Of a stretch of 64,000 bases of DNA, positions 19,096 to 30,451 are shown in pieces. Positions within the stretch are counted from its first letter, which is position 1. Each line of letters starts with the position of its first letter. Position numbers and translations under genes: made by a program. The notes below the pieces were generated by a model, which was not told where the DNA came from, searched no databases, and worked only from the letters and a program-made list of their open reading frames with translations. Origin of the DNA: Pirellulales bacterium (GTDB taxonomy: Bacteria; Planctomycetota; Planctomycetia; Pirellulales; JAICIG01); NCBI GenBank assembly GCA_040901675.1, contig JBBDYJ010000025.1, positions 255,943 through 319,942 of the forward strand, read 5' to 3'.

Positions 19096-22000
19096 ATGCT
19101 TCGTGTGGCGGCGAGCGCGGTGGCCGCGGTGGCGATGCTGGCGGCTGCGCAGGCCAGAGCGGAAGAAAAGGCGGCGGCGGCTGAACAGCCAGCGGCCGCG
19201 GACCTCGAATTCTTCGAGAACAAGGTCCGCCCGCTGTTCGTCGAGCGCTGCTACAAGTGCCACTCGGCCGAGGCGCCAACGCTGCGGGGCGGCCTGTTGC
19301 TCGACAGCCGCGAGGGGTGGACCAAGGGAGGCGATTCGGGGCCGGCCATCGTGCCGGGCGACCCGGCCGAGAGCCTGCTGGTGCAGGCGGTCGAGTACGG
19401 CGACGACGGCGTGCAAATGCCCCCGGACGGCAAGCTCCCGGCAGAGGAAATCGCCATCCTACGCGAGTGGGTCCGGCGCGGGGCCGTCGACCCGCGCGAC
19501 GGCACACCGGCGGCGACCGTGGAAAAGACGATCGACGTCGAACAAGGGCGTCAGTATTGGGCGTTTCAGCCGCTGGCCGCCGCCGAGCCTCCGCAGGTCA
19601 CGGGCGAGAGCTGGTGCCGGACCGCGGTGGACCGCTTCGTTCTGGCCAAGCTGGAACACAAGGGGCTGGCGCCGGCAGCGCCGGCCGACCGCAGGCGGCT
19701 GATTCGCCGGGCCTATTTCGATCTGATCGGCCTTCCGCCGGAACCGGCCGAGGTCGAGGCGTTTGTCAACGACCCGAACTCGAACGCTTACGAGCGGCTG
19801 GTCGATACGCTGTTGGCCAGTCCGCACTACGGCGAACGCTGGGGCCGCCATTGGCTCGACCTGGCGCGGTTTGCCGAGAGCCACGGCTTCGAGCAGGACT
19901 ACGACCGGCCCAATGCCTACCACTATCGCGACTTCGTCATCCGGGCCCTCAACGAGGACCTGCCGTACGACACGTTCGTCAAGTGGCAGATTGCCGGCGA
20001 CGAGTTCGAGCCGGACAATCCGCTGGCGATGATGGCCACGGGGTTCCTGGCCGCCGGAGTCCACGCCACGCAGATCACGGCCAACCAGGCGGAGAAAGAA
20101 CGCTACGACGAGCTGGACGACATGACGCGGACCATCGGCACCACGATGCTGGGTTTGACGATCGGCTGCGCCCGCTGCCACGACCACAAGTTTGATCCGA
20201 TCCCCAACGTCGACTATTACCGGCTGGTTTCGACGTTCAGCACCACGGTCCGTAGCGACCTCGACGTCAACATGGATCCGGAGGGCTACGCGCTGGCCAA
20301 GGCCGAGTTCGACACCCGGCACGCGCCGCTGGCGGCCCAACTCGAGCAGTTCGAGCGGGAATCGCTGCCGGCCCGATTCGATGCGTGGCTGGCAACCGGC
20401 CCGGCCGCGTCGGCGTTTCCCTGGCTGCTGGTCGAACCGGCGGAGTCGAAGGCGGAGGGCGGCGCCGAGTTCATCAGGCAGGACGACGGCTCGCTGTTGG
20501 TGAAGGGAAACAGCCCGGATCACGATACGTACACGTTCGTGGCCCGCACGCTGCGGCAGGGCATCACCGCCATCCGCCTGGAAACGCTCAGCGACGACTC
20601 GCTGCGCGGCGGCGGGTCGGGGCGGGCCGACGACGGGACCTTTGCGCTTTCCGGAGTGCGCGTCACGGCCGCCCCGCTGGTCGGCGGCCCCGCCGTGGAG
20701 GTGAAGCTGGCGGCGGCACGGGCCAGCTCCGAAAAGGAAGGAATGCCGGCAAGTCATACGCTCGACGGCAAGAACGAGACGGCCTGGTCGGTCGATCCGC
20801 AACCGGGCCGCGACCAGGCGATCGTGCTGGAGACCGAGGGCGAAGTCGGCTTCACGGGCGGGACGGTGCTCACGGTCACGCTCGACTTCAAGGCCAACAA
20901 GCAGCACGGCATCGGCCGGCCGCGGCTGGCGGTGACCAGTCAGCCCAGACCGGCCGCGCTGGAAGGCGTGTTGGCGCCCCAGGCGGTCACCGATGCCCTG
21001 ACAAAGCTGGCGGCCGAGAGCCCGGTCGAGCTGAGCGAAGCGGAGCGGGCGCTGTTGATGAAGTGGTATCGCCCGCTCGACGCCGAGTGGCAGCGGCTGA
21101 ACCAGGCCGTGGCCGAGCATGCCCGGCTGGCGCCGCGGCCCAAGCTGGCCAAGGTGCTGGTATCGAGCGAAGGGGTGCCGGCCGTGCGGCTGCACACGCA
21201 GGGCGCCGACTTTTACGACCCGACGTACTTCCTCAAGCGGGGCGATCCGAACCAGAAGCTGGAAGTGGCCACGCAAGGCTTCTTGCAGGTGCTGATGCAG
21301 TCGCCGGAGGGCGAATCGCGCTGGCAGCAGCAGCCGCCCGAGGGTTGGGGGACCAGCTATCGGCGGCGGTCGCTGGCCAACTGGCTGACCGACACCGAGT
21401 ATGGCGCGGGGCACCTGCTGGCCCGCGTGATTGTCAACCGGCTCTGGCAGCACCATCTGGGGCGAGGCATCGTCGGCACGCCCAGCGATTTCGGCACGCA
21501 AGGCGAGCCGCCGACGCACCCGGAGCTGCTGGATTGGCTGGCCGCGGAATTGATCCGCGAGGGCTGGCGGCTCAAGCCGATCCACCGGCTGATGATGACC
21601 AGCTCGGTGTACATGCAAAGCGACCAGATGAACGAGGCCGCACTGGCCGCCGACCGCGACAACCGGCTCTTCTGGCGGCGGGAGCCGAAGCGGCTGGAGG
21701 CGGAGCTCGTGCGCGACTCGATGCTGGCGGTGAGCGGCGAGCTGGACCGCACCATGTTCGGCCCCGGCACGCTCGACCCGGATCACAAGCGGCGGAGCAT
21801 TTATTTCTTCGTCAAGCGGAGCCAGCTCATCCCGATGATGGTGCTGTTCGACGCCCCGGACAGCCTGCAGGACATTGCCAACCGCCCGACCACCACGGTG
21901 GCGCCGCAGGCCTTGATGCTGCTCAACAACAGTGCCGTGCGGGGCTATGCCCGGCGGTTCGCCGAGCGGATCGACGAGCCGGGTGCCAGCGGCTGGCAAA

Positions 22001-22194
22001 CCGCCGTCAGCCGCGGCTACCGGATTGCACTGGCGCGGGAGCCGGTCGAGGAAGAGCTGGCCGAAGCCGCGGCCTTCCTCGATGAGCAAAGCGCCAGCTA
22101 CCAGGCCTCCGGCAAGCCAGACCCCCGGCGGCTGGCGTTGGCCGACTTTTGCCAGGTGCTGTTGGGGTTGAACGAGTTCGTGTACGTGGAGTGA
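19096..22194 (+). CDS. Planctomycete cytochrome c + DUF1549 + DUF1553 (PSD1) protein
   Basis: Signal peptide, CYKCH and CARCH heme motifs, [40 protein letters not shown]. Confidence 0.93.
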   Translation: MLRVAASAVAAVAMLAAAQARAEEKAAAAEQPAAADLEFFENKVRPLFVERCYKCHSAEAPTLRGGLLLDSREGWTKGGDSGPAIVPGDPAESLLVQAVEYGDDGVQMPPDGKLPAEEIAILREWVRRGAVDPRDGTPAATVEKTIDVEQGRQYWAFQPLAAAEPPQVTGESWCRTAVDRFVLAKLEHKGLAPAAPADRRRLIRRAYFDLIGLPPEPAEVEAFVNDPNSNAYERLVDTLLASPHYGERWGRHWLDLARFAESHGFEQDYDRPNAYHYRDFVIRALNEDLPYDTFVKWQIAGDEFEPDNPLAMMATGFLAAGVHATQITANQAEKERYDELDDMTRTIGTTMLGLTIGCARCHDHKFDPIPNVDYYRLVSTFSTTVRSDLDVNMDPEGYALAKAEFDTRHAPLAAQLEQFERESLPARFDAWLATGPAASAFPWLLVEPAESKAEGGAEFIRQDDGSLLVKGNSPDHDTYTFVARTLRQGITAIRLETLSDDSLRGGGSGRADDGTFALSGVRVTAAPLVGGPAVEVKLAAARASSEKEGMPASHTLDGKNETAWSVDPQPGRDQAIVLETEGEVGFTGGTVLTVTLDFKANKQHGIGRPRLAVTSQPRPAALEGVLAPQAVTDALTKLAAESPVELSEAERALLMKWYRPLDAEWQRLNQAVAEHARLAPRPKLAKVLVSSEGVPAVRLHTQGADFYDPTYFLKRGDPNQKLEVATQGFLQVLMQSPEGESRWQQQPPEGWGTSYRRRSLANWLTDTEYGAGHLLARVIVNRLWQHHLGRGIVGTPSDFGTQGEPPTHPELLDWLAAELIREGWRLKPIHRLMMTSSVYMQSDQMNEAALAADRDNRLFWRREPKRLEAELVRDSMLAVSGELDRTMFGPGTLDPDHKRRSIYFFVKRSQLIPMMVLFDAPDSLQDIANRPTTTVAPQALMLLNNSAVRGYARRFAERIDEPGASGWQTAVSRGYRIALAREPVEEELAEAAAFLDEQSASYQASGKPDPRRLALADFCQVLLGLNEFVYVE

Positions 22195-22233
22195 GAGAGG
22201 GGCGACCGCGTTTTGGAGAGTCGACTTTCGGCG

Positions 22234-22266
22234 GGGTGGCTGGGGCAAAGCGTCAGCGTGCCCCAG
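22234..22266 (+). repeat. REP-like family A copy
   Basis: gggtggctggggcaaagcgtcagcgtgccccag, hairpin CTGGGGCA/TGCCCCAG. Confidence 0.85.
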
Positions 22267-22345
22267 TTGAATCGTACGAAGAATCCAAGATTTGAAAGCC
22301 AAATAAACGACCAGCTTTTTTGATTCAATCGGAATTCAGCCAGCC

Positions 22346-23830
22346 ATGGACATTCTCAAGCTATTTGCTTCGCCGCACCCGGTACACAACTCGCGCCGCG
22401 AGTTTCTGCGGCGGACCGGTTCGGGATTCGGCATGCTGGCCTTGGCCGGCCTGTTGAACGAGCAGGGCCTGCTCGCCGCCACCGGCGGCGCCGGTGCCGG
22501 CCCGCGTGGGCTGGCGCTCAACCCGCTGGCGCCGCGTCCGCCGCACGCCGCGGCCAAGGCGAACAGCGTCATCTGGTTGTTCATGAACGGCGGCCCTAGC
22601 CAGGTCGATACCTGGGACTACAAACCCGAGCTGGCCAAGCGCGACGGCCAGGAGCTGGCCGGCTTCGACAAGAACACCGGCTTCTTTACCGAGCAGGTTG
22701 GCCCGCTGATGAAGTCGCCCTTCAGTTTCCAGCAGCACGGCCAGTGCGGCGCCTGGGCCTCGGAGATCTTTCCGAACACTTCGCGGCACGTCGACCAGAT
22801 GGCTTTCATCTATTCGTGCCACACGGAGACGAACAACCACTCGCCGGCCTTGTTCCAGATCAACACGGGCATGAACCGGATGGGGTTCCCCAGCGTGGGC
22901 TCTTGGGTCACGTACGGGCTGGGCAGCGAGAGCCAGAACCTGCCCGCCTTCGTGGTCATGTACGACACGCTGGGACGCGGGCTGCCCAAGGGCTACGCGC
23001 AGAATTGGGGCTCCGGTTTTCTCCCCGGAATCTTCCAGGGGACCGCCTTGAATGCCCAGGGGGCGCCGATCGACAACCTCCAGCGGGCCGAAGAAATGAC
23101 GCCCCAGCAGCAGCAGGCCCAACTGAACCTGCTGAATCGGCTGAACCGGCGGCACCAGGAGCAAAAGCCGCTGGCGCCGGAGCTGGCCGCGCGGATCGAA
23201 AGTTTCGAGCTGGCCTACCGGATGCAAATGGCGGCGCCGGAGGCGCTGGACTTCGAGCGCGAGCCGGAGTCGATCAAGCAGTTGTACGGCCTGGACGATC
23301 CCAAGTGCGTCCACTTCAGCCGGCAGTGCCTGATGGCCCGGCGGCTGATCGAGCGGGGAGTGCGGTTCGTCCAGATCTACAGCGGCGGAACCGAGAACGA
23401 GAAAAGCTGGGACGGGCACACCAACATCGCCGACAACCACCGCCAGTTCGCCGGCGAGACCGACGTGCCGATCGCCGGCCTGCTGACCGACCTGAAGCAG
23501 CGCGGCCTGTTGGACTCGACGCTGGTCGTCTGCAACGGCGAGTTCGGGCGGCTGCCGATCGTGCAGAAGGGGGGCACCGGCCGCGACCACAACCCGCACG
23601 CCTTCACCACCTGGATGGCCGGCGGCGGCGTGAAGGGAGGCTCGCTCTATGGCGCCACCGACGAGATCGGGCACAAGGCCGTGGCGAACCGGGTGAGCGT
23701 GAACGATCTGCACGCCACGATCCTGCACCTGCTGGGGATCGATCACGAGCGGCTGACCTACCGCTACAGCGGCCGCGATTTCAGGCTGACCGACGTGGCC
23801 GGCAAGGTGATCCACGACATTCTTTTGTAG
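22346..23830 (+). CDS. DUF1501 protein (Tat signal)
   Basis: SRREFL twin-arginine motif, FMNGGPSQVDTWDYKP, GEFGRLP, GRDHNP, RLTDVAG. Confidence 0.93.
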   Translation: MDILKLFASPHPVHNSRREFLRRTGSGFGMLALAGLLNEQGLLAATGGAGAGPRGLALNPLAPRPPHAAAKANSVIWLFMNGGPSQVDTWDYKPELAKRDGQELAGFDKNTGFFTEQVGPLMKSPFSFQQHGQCGAWASEIFPNTSRHVDQMAFIYSCHTETNNHSPALFQINTGMNRMGFPSVGSWVTYGLGSESQNLPAFVVMYDTLGRGLPKGYAQNWGSGFLPGIFQGTALNAQGAPIDNLQRAEEMTPQQQQAQLNLLNRLNRRHQEQKPLAPELAARIESFELAYRMQMAAPEALDFEREPESIKQLYGLDDPKCVHFSRQCLMARRLIERGVRFVQIYSGGTENEKSWDGHTNIADNHRQFAGETDVPIAGLLTDLKQRGLLDSTLVVCNGEFGRLPIVQKGGTGRDHNPHAFTTWMAGGGVKGGSLYGATDEIGHKAVANRVSVNDLHATILHLLGIDHERLTYRYSGRDFRLTDVAGKVIHDILL

Positions 23831-23842
23831 TGAAGTGCTGCC

Positions 23843-26800
23843 ATGATCCGGCATTCTTCCATGCTGCTGGCTGCCGCCATGGCGTGCTGGACCGCCTGGT
23901 CCGGCGGCGGCGCTGGGGCCGAAGAGCCGCGGCGGGTCGAGTTCAACCGCGACATCCGGCCGATCCTTTCCGACACGTGCTTCAAGTGCCACGGTCCCGA
24001 CGAGGCGCAGCGCCAGGCCGGCCTGCACTTCGACACCGAGGCGGGGGCCATGGCCGACCTGGGCGGCTACCAGGCGATCGTTCCCGGCAATAGCGCCGAG
24101 AGCGTGCTGTTCCAGCGAATCTCCGCCAAGGACGAGGAGGAACGGATGCCGCCGATCGACTCGGGCCGCTCGCTGTCGGCCGAGCAGATCGAGCTGATCC
24201 GCCGCTGGATCGACCAGGGCGCCCAATGGCAGAAGCATTGGAGCCTCATCCGGCCGCAGCGGCTTGCCGTGCCTGCCGTGAGCCGGCCGGAATGGATCCG
24301 CGGCCCGATCGATGCCTTCGTGCTGGAGCGTCTGGAGCGTGAGGGTCTTTCGCCCGCCGACGAGGCCGACAAGGCCACGTTGATCCGCCGCGTCACGCTC
24401 GACTTGACCGGTCTAGCGCCCACGCCCGCCGAGGTCGACACCTTTCTGGCTGATACTTCTCCGGACGCCTACGAAAACGTGGTCGATCGCTTGCTCGCTT
24501 CGCCCCGATACGGCGAGCGGATGGCGGCGCCCTGGCTGGACGCGGCCCGCTACGCCGACACCAACGGCTACCAGACCGACGGCGAGCGGCACATGTGGCG
24601 CTGGCGCGACTGGGTGATCGGCGCCCTGAACGCCAACATGCCGTTCGACCGGTTCACCGTCGAGCAGTTGGCCGGCGACATGCTGCCCGGCGCCACGCTC
24701 GACCAGCGGATCGCCACCGGGTTCAACCGGAATCACCGCGGCAATGCGGAGGGAGGCATCATTCCCCAGGAGTACCTGGTCGAGTACGTGGTCGATCGCG
24801 TCGAGACCACGGGTACCGTCTGGCTGGGTCTGACGATCGGCTGCGCCCGCTGCCACGACCACAAGTTCGACCCGGTGACGCAAGAGGAGTTCTACCGGCT
24901 CTTCGCTTATTTCCATAACGTGCCGGAACGGGGCAAGGCCATCAAGTACGGCAACTCGCCGCCCGTCGTGCAGGCGCCCACGCCCCACCAGCAAAGCGAA
25001 TTGGCGGACCTCGACGCCCGGCTCGGCCGTGAGCGGGCTCGGTTGGACGACATGCAACCCGCGCTGGCCGAATCGCAGGCCGCTTGGGAAGTGTCGGTTG
25101 CCGCCGGCGACCCCTTGGACTTGAAGCCGGCCGAGGGACTGGTTGCGTATTACGCTCTCGACGGCGATCTAGCTGAGCAAGAGGGGAGGGGCCCGGCAGC
25201 CGAGTTCCGCGATGGAACCTCCACGTTCGAGCCCGGCAAGCTGGGGCAGGCGGCTTGTTTCGACGGCACCGCGCACGTCGATGCGGGCGACGTGGCCGAC
25301 TTCGGCTTTTACGACAAGTTCACCTGTGCGGCCTGGGTTTTTTCGGAAGGGCAGGGGGGCACGATCGTGTCGCGGATGACCGACGAAGAGCGGGCCGACG
25401 GCTACGGCATCCACCTGGTCGACGGCAAGGTGCAGGTGAACCTGGTCAAGCGCTGGCTCGACGACGCAATCCGCGTCGAGACCCAGACCGTGCTGAGCCC
25501 GGGCGAATGGCGGCACGTGCTGGTGACGTACGACGGCTCGCGGGTGGCGGCGGGGGTGCAGGTCTACATCGATGGCGAGCCGCAGCCGATGCGCGTGCTG
25601 CTCGATGATCTGAACCAGTCGTTCCAGACGAAGCAGCCGTTGCGGATCGGCGGCGGGGCCGGGCCGGGCGGCCGTTTCCATGGACGGCTGGACGAAGTGC
25701 GGATCTACAACGCGGCCCTGCCGGCCGAGCAGGCGGAGGTGCTGGCCACGGCCGAGACCGTCACCGCCATCGCCGGCATCCCGCCTGACGAGCGCACTGC
25801 CGGGCAAGCCAGGAAAATCCGCGAATACTATCTCGAGCACCACGCTACGGACGAGGCCCGGCAGGCGCGGCGGCGGGTTGCGGAATTGCAGATCGAGCGG
25901 AAGCGGCTGGTGGAGAGCTTTCCGACCGTGATGGTGATGGAAGAGATGCCCACGCCGCGCGACACGCACGTGCTGGTGCGCGGGCAGTACGACAAGCCGG
26001 GCGAGAAGGTTGAGGCCGGGTTGCCTTCCAGCCTGGCCGGCGAGAGCTCGCTTCGCCTCGGCAACCGGCTGGAGTTTGCCCGCTGGCTGGTCTCGCCGGA
26101 AAACCCCTTGACCGCGCGCGTGGCCGTGAACCGCTATTGGCAGATGTATTTTGGCGCCGGCCTGGTCAAGACGGTCGACGACTTCGGCTCGCAGGGGCAG
26201 TGGCCGAGCCATCCGGAGCTGCTCGACTGGCTGGCCAGCCGGTTCATGGACAGCGGCTGGGACGTGAAAGCGTTGCAGCGGGCGATCGTCACCAGCGCCA
26301 CCTACCGGCAGTCGTCGAAGGCGCCGGCCGCGCTGCGCGAGCGCGACCCCGACAACGTGCTGTTGGCACGCGGGCCGCGGCTGCGGCTTTCGGCCGAGAC
26401 GGTCCGCGACCAGGCGCTGGCGGCCAGCGGGCTGTTGGTCGAGCGGCTCGGCGGGCCCTCGGTGAAGCCATATCAGCCGGCCGGCCTGTGGCAGGAGTTG
26501 ACCGAGGAAGACTACGTGCAAGGCAGCGGCGAGGACTTGCACCGCCGCAGCCTGTACACGTTCTGGAAGCGCACCGTGGCGCCTCCGTCGATGATGACGT
26601 TCGACGCTTCGTCCCGCGAGACGTGCTGGGTGCGGGAAACGCGCACCAACACCCCGTTGCAAGCGCTGACGCTGATGAACGACGTAACGTTCGTCGAGTG
26701 CGCGCGGGTGCTGGCCCAGCGGGTGCTGGCCGGCGGGCCTGCGGAGCCGGACGAGCGGATCGACCTGGCGTTTCGGCTGGTGCTGGCGCGGCGCCCCACC

Positions 26801-26998
26801 GCGGCCGAGGCCCAGGTGCTGCGTGCCGGGCTCGAAGAGCACCTGGCTCTCTATCTTCAGCATCCCCAGCAGGCCGCCGAACTGGCTTCCGCTGGCGAAG
26901 CCCCCGGCGACTCCGGCCTGGACCAGACCGAGCTGGCCGCCTACACCGCCCTGGCCGGTTTGATCTTGAATCTCGACGAAGCAATCACCAAGGAGTGA
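23843..26998 (+). CDS. Cytochrome c + DUF1549 + LamG/ConA-like + DUF1553 protein
   Basis: [30 protein letters not shown], LamG-like WRHVLVTYDG..VYIDGE..GRLDEVRIYN, TNTPLQAL. Confidence 0.93.
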   Translation: MIRHSSMLLAAAMACWTAWSGGGAGAEEPRRVEFNRDIRPILSDTCFKCHGPDEAQRQAGLHFDTEAGAMADLGGYQAIVPGNSAESVLFQRISAKDEEERMPPIDSGRSLSAEQIELIRRWIDQGAQWQKHWSLIRPQRLAVPAVSRPEWIRGPIDAFVLERLEREGLSPADEADKATLIRRVTLDLTGLAPTPAEVDTFLADTSPDAYENVVDRLLASPRYGERMAAPWLDAARYADTNGYQTDGERHMWRWRDWVIGALNANMPFDRFTVEQLAGDMLPGATLDQRIATGFNRNHRGNAEGGIIPQEYLVEYVVDRVETTGTVWLGLTIGCARCHDHKFDPVTQEEFYRLFAYFHNVPERGKAIKYGNSPPVVQAPTPHQQSELADLDARLGRERARLDDMQPALAESQAAWEVSVAAGDPLDLKPAEGLVAYYALDGDLAEQEGRGPAAEFRDGTSTFEPGKLGQAACFDGTAHVDAGDVADFGFYDKFTCAAWVFSEGQGGTIVSRMTDEERADGYGIHLVDGKVQVNLVKRWLDDAIRVETQTVLSPGEWRHVLVTYDGSRVAAGVQVYIDGEPQPMRVLLDDLNQSFQTKQPLRIGGGAGPGGRFHGRLDEVRIYNAALPAEQAEVLATAETVTAIAGIPPDERTAGQARKIREYYLEHHATDEARQARRRVAELQIERKRLVESFPTVMVMEEMPTPRDTHVLVRGQYDKPGEKVEAGLPSSLAGESSLRLGNRLEFARWLVSPENPLTARVAVNRYWQMYFGAGLVKTVDDFGSQGQWPSHPELLDWLASRFMDSGWDVKALQRAIVTSATYRQSSKAPAALRERDPDNVLLARGPRLRLSAETVRDQALAASGLLVERLGGPSVKPYQPAGLWQELTEEDYVQGSGEDLHRRSLYTFWKRTVAPPSMMTFDASSRETCWVRETRTNTPLQALTLMNDVTFVECARVLAQRVLAGGPAEPDERIDLAFRLVLARRPTAAEAQVLRAGLEEHLALYLQHPQQAAELASAGEAPGDSGLDQTELAAYTALAGLILNLDEAITKE

Positions 26999-27002
26999 GC
27001 GG

Positions 27003-27212
27003 TAAAGGCACAAGGCAGAAGAAGGAAGAAGGAAGAGCGAGTATGAAACGCACAAGCGCGGAGTGGCTGGGGCAAAGCGTCAGCGTGCCCCAGTCTTCGT
27101 CCGTATCCCCCCGCGTTCGCCTTGTCGCCTTGTCGCCTTGTCCTTCCTCCCGGGTGGCTGGGGCAAAGCGTCAGCGTGCCCCAGAGGTGAGGCTGGAGAC
27201 TGTAGGCTGTAG
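27003..27212 (+). repeat. Composite repeat block: purine 7-mers, two family A REPs (27061-27093, 27152-27184), CCTTGTCG 8-mers, trailing 7-mers
   Basis: Read directly from the intergenic sequence. Confidence 0.8.
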
Positions 27213-27253
27213 GACGGCAGTAATAAGACCAATGTCCGTAATCTGAGAATCCG

Positions 27254-28720
27254 ATGAACCCTCTCGACGAACGCCGGATGCAGTTGACGCGGCGCCACTT
27301 TTTCGGCAAGGCCGGTACTGGCCTGGGCCTGGCGGCGCTGGCCGCGCTGCTGAACGACAACCTGGCCCGCGGGGCGCCGGTTTCGGATTCGCCGGCGGCG
27401 GGACTGCCGGGGCTGCCGCACTTTGCGCCCAAGGCCAAGCGGGTGATCTACCTGTTCCAGTCGGGAGCGCCGTCGCAGATGGACCTGTTCGACTACAAGC
27501 CGCGGCTGGCCGACCTGCGGGCAAGCGAACTGCCCGAATCGATCCGCCAAGGACAGCGGCTCACCGGAATGACCTCCGGGCAGACCAGCTTTCCGGTGGC
27601 GCCCAGCAAGTTCGCCTTCGCCCGGCATGGCGCCAGCGGCGCCTGGGTGAGCGAGCTCATGCCGCACACGGCCCGCGTGGCCGACGAGCTTTGCTTCGTC
27701 AAGTCGATGTTCACCGAGGCCATCAACCACGACCCGGCCATCACCTTCTTCCAAACGGGCGCCCAGCTTGCCGGGCGGCCCAGCATCGGCTCCTGGCTCT
27801 CGTACGGCCTGGGAAGCGAGAACGCCGACCTGCCGGCCTTTGTGACCATGATCTCTCGCGGCACCGGCAACCCCAACGACCAGCCGCTGTACGACCGGCT
27901 TTGGGGGAGCGGATTCTTGCCGACCCGGTACCAGGGGATCAAGTTCCGCTCGGTGGGCGATCCGGTGCTGTTCCTCTCGAACCCCGCCGGCCTGGGGAGC
28001 GCCACGCGGCGGCGGATGCTCGACGATCTGGCACGGCTCAATCAACTGAAGCTCGAAGAGTTTGGCGACCCGGAGATTGCCACCCGCATCGCCCAGTACG
28101 AGATGGCCTACCGCATGCAGACCTCGGTGCCCGAACTGACCGACGTCTCCGACGAGCCGGAGCACATCTTCGACTTGTACGGCCCCGACTCGAAAAAGCC
28201 CGGCACCTACGCGGCCAACTGCCTGCTGGCCCGGCGGCTGGCGGAGCGCGGCGTGCGGGCCGTGCAACTCTTCCACCGTGGCTGGGACCAGCACACCAAC
28301 TTGCCCAAGCAGATCACGGGCCAGGCGGCCGACACCGACCAGGCTTCGGCCGCGCTGGTTGCCGATCTCAAGCAGCGCGGCATGCTGGACGACACGCTGG
28401 TCGTGTGGGGAGGCGAGTTCGGCCGCACGGTGTACTGCCAGGGCAAGCTGACGGCCGACGACTACGGCCGCGACCATCATCCCCGCTGTTTTACGATTTG
28501 GATCGCCGGCGGCGGCATCAAGGCCGGCTTTTCATACGGCGAGACCGACGACTACTGCTACAACATCACGCGCGATCCGGTACACGTCCACGATCTGCAC
28601 GCCACGCTGTTGCACTGCCTGGGGATCGACCACGAACGGCTGACCTACAAGTTCCAGGGCCGCTACCACCGCCTCACCGACGTGCACGGGGAGGTGGTGC
28701 AGCCGCTGCTGGCGAGCTAA
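27254..28720 (+). CDS. DUF1501 protein (Tat signal)
   Basis: [51 protein letters not shown]. Confidence 0.93.
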   Translation: MNPLDERRMQLTRRHFFGKAGTGLGLAALAALLNDNLARGAPVSDSPAAGLPGLPHFAPKAKRVIYLFQSGAPSQMDLFDYKPRLADLRASELPESIRQGQRLTGMTSGQTSFPVAPSKFAFARHGASGAWVSELMPHTARVADELCFVKSMFTEAINHDPAITFFQTGAQLAGRPSIGSWLSYGLGSENADLPAFVTMISRGTGNPNDQPLYDRLWGSGFLPTRYQGIKFRSVGDPVLFLSNPAGLGSATRRRMLDDLARLNQLKLEEFGDPEIATRIAQYEMAYRMQTSVPELTDVSDEPEHIFDLYGPDSKKPGTYAANCLLARRLAERGVRAVQLFHRGWDQHTNLPKQITGQAADTDQASAALVADLKQRGMLDDTLVVWGGEFGRTVYCQGKLTADDYGRDHHPRCFTIWIAGGGIKAGFSYGETDDYCYNITRDPVHVHDLHATLLHCLGIDHERLTYKFQGRYHRLTDVHGEVVQPLLAS

Positions 28721-28722
28721 CG

Positions 28723-29112
28723 GGTTGTGGGTTCGTAGTGATCGGATCCAGTTGTGGGTTCGTAGTGATCGGATCCATACGAAGCAAGGGTGGCTGGCGG
28801 CAAAGCGGTAGCGTGCCCCAGACGTTGTCCGTCGTGGTAGCTGAAGTCGCCAGACTTCAGGCTTGTTGCGTGTGGACGTTGCTCGTGGTAGCTGAAGTCG
28901 CCAGACTTCAGGCCCGCTTAAACGCGCCGGGTGGCTGGCGGCAAAGCGGTAGCGTGCCCCAGTCTTCGTCGCTGCGCGGGCGGAGGGCGTCCCATGGCAA
29001 ACGACCGTCAGGCTCGCCGCGTGGAGTACGTGGTACGCACCATCGATTGAACTGGAGGCTACGAGCCAATAAAGCGACACGCCCGGAGACCCCATAAATG
29101 GGGTCACTACAA
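28723..29112. repeat. Repeat-dense intergenic region
   Basis: Tandem duplicate gttgtgggttcgtagtgatcggatcca (about 28724-28777). Family A REPs at 28788-28821 and 28929-28962. GTAGCTGAAGTCGCCAGACTTCAG at 28837 and 28888. Inverted GTAGTGACCCCATTTATGGGGTC at about 29088-29110. Confidence 0.8.
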
Positions 29113-29129
29113 GCCTCCCACGTCTCCGC

Positions 29130-29318
29130 TCATCGCCGGCGGCGATCCAGACTGCCTTCGGACAAAAGGCAGCCGAAGCTCGTTCCCAACGAGGCAAAGG
29201 CGGCCACACCGAACAGGTTCATCATCTCGAGATGCGCCGATTGGGTGTGGTAAACGGCCAGGCCTGCCAGAGCGCCCAACATCGCGCCCAGGCAGGCGTT
29301 GCGAATGCCGATCTTCAC
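29130..29318 (-). CDS. Small hypothetical membrane protein (2 TM)
   Basis: GTG start, two Gly/Ala-rich hydrophobic segments, directly downstream of the 29330 ORF. Confidence 0.5.
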   Translation of the reverse strand: MKIGIRNACLGAMLGALAGLAVYHTQSAHLEMMNLFGVAAFASLGTSFGCLLSEGSLDRRRR

Positions 29319-29329
29319 GCGCGCCGCCC

Positions 29330-29488
29330 TCAGTTCAGGTTGATGCGGTAGTAGGCCGACAGCCGATTCAAGGGTCGCGGTTTCACGGGCGGCCGGAGGC
29401 TGCGGCGCGCGGTGAGCTGGTTCAAGCTGGGACTGGCCAGCGCCAAGATTGCAATGGCGCCGCCGAAGAACCCTAAAAGAAATCGCAT
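29330..29488 (-). CDS. Small hypothetical protein with N-terminal hydrophobic segment
   Basis: ATG 29488 with GGAG RBS. MRFLLGFFGGAIAILALAS...YYRINLN. Confidence 0.55.
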   Translation of the reverse strand: MRFLLGFFGGAIAILALASPSLNQLTARRSLRPPVKPRPLNRLSAYYRINLN

Positions 29489-29920
29489 GGTAACGGCTCC
29501 GATTGCGAGCCAGACCGCCTCAGGCGGCCGGTTCGGCAGAGGGTGCACGGAAGGCGGGATGCTTGGCAGAAGTTGGCCGCGGAGGTGGGAACAAGGGCGA
29601 AAACCGTGATGGGAAAACGTGGCTTTCGCCGGCTTTGCGGCCGTGCACCCGATGCATCTCAGACTCCCTTCATGAGAGATTCCCGGCCACCATGGCTCGG
29701 GATAACCAATTCATTCTCAAAAAGACTCCGCCTAAGTCAAGTAAGGTTTAACACAATCCGGCAATCGGAAGTGCTTGCAAACCCCCGCTATAGTAGGGGA
29801 GAATCGACCGCATTGAGGTAGCCGCGCTGGCCCGGACGTAGCTGGACTCGCCAGTTTCACGCCGGCCCACGTTCCGGCGAACGCGGCTCCGCCCCGCTAG
29901 CTAGCTCGAGGAAACGCACC

Positions 29921-30451
29921 ATGGCCGAACGGCTCGATCCGCGGCAGATCACGAGGCCCGATCGCTCGTTGATGAGGTACTACGCCATTATCTCGCTGCT
30001 GACGGGACCGGCGTTTCCCATCACGATCATCCCCTTGTTCTTCAAGTACGAGACGTTGAAGTACCGCTTCGACGACGAGGGCGTGTCGATGAGCTGGGGC
30101 ATTCTGTTCAAGCGGGAGATCTACCTGACCTACCGCCGCATCCAGGACATTCACCTGACGCGGAACATCCTGCAGCGCTGGATGGGGCTGGCCACGGTGT
30201 CGATCCAAACGGCCTCCGGCAGCTCCGCGCCCGAGATGAGCATCGAGGGGATCCGCGAGGCCGACGCCCTGCGCGATTACCTCTATGCCAAGATGCGCGG
30301 GGCCCGTGGCGAGCAGGAGGAATCGGCCGCAGGCATGCCGGCCGGGCCAGACGGCGCGGCGGCCCAGCCGGTGGACGAGCCGCTAGCACTCTTGTGCGAG
30401 ATACGCGACGCGCTCGTGCAGCTCGCCGGCCGGCGGGAGGCAGGCGGATGA
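29921..30451 (+). CDS. Bacterial PH-domain (YdbS-like) membrane protein
   Basis: KYRFDDEGVSMSWGILFKREIYLTYRRIQDIHLTRNILQRWMGLATVSIQTASG. Confidence 0.85.
   Translation: MAERLDPRQITRPDRSLMRYYAIISLLTGPAFPITIIPLFFKYETLKYRFDDEGVSMSWGILFKREIYLTYRRIQDIHLTRNILQRWMGLATVSIQTASGSSAPEMSIEGIREADALRDYLYAKMRGARGEQEESAAGMPAGPDGAAAQPVDEPLALLCEIRDALVQLAGRREAGG

Noticed and set aside
19459..28480. Very long antisense ORFs (e.g. 19459-22302, 22361-24238, 25169-27055, 27080-28480; also 7035-9437, 11586-13337)
   Set aside because: They are shadows of well-supported genes on the opposite strand, expected in high-GC DNA, and contain no recognisable motifs.
28723..28962. Possible mini CRISPR array
   Set aside because: Each repeat type occurs only twice, spacing is irregular, units match dispersed REP-like families, and there are no cas genes.
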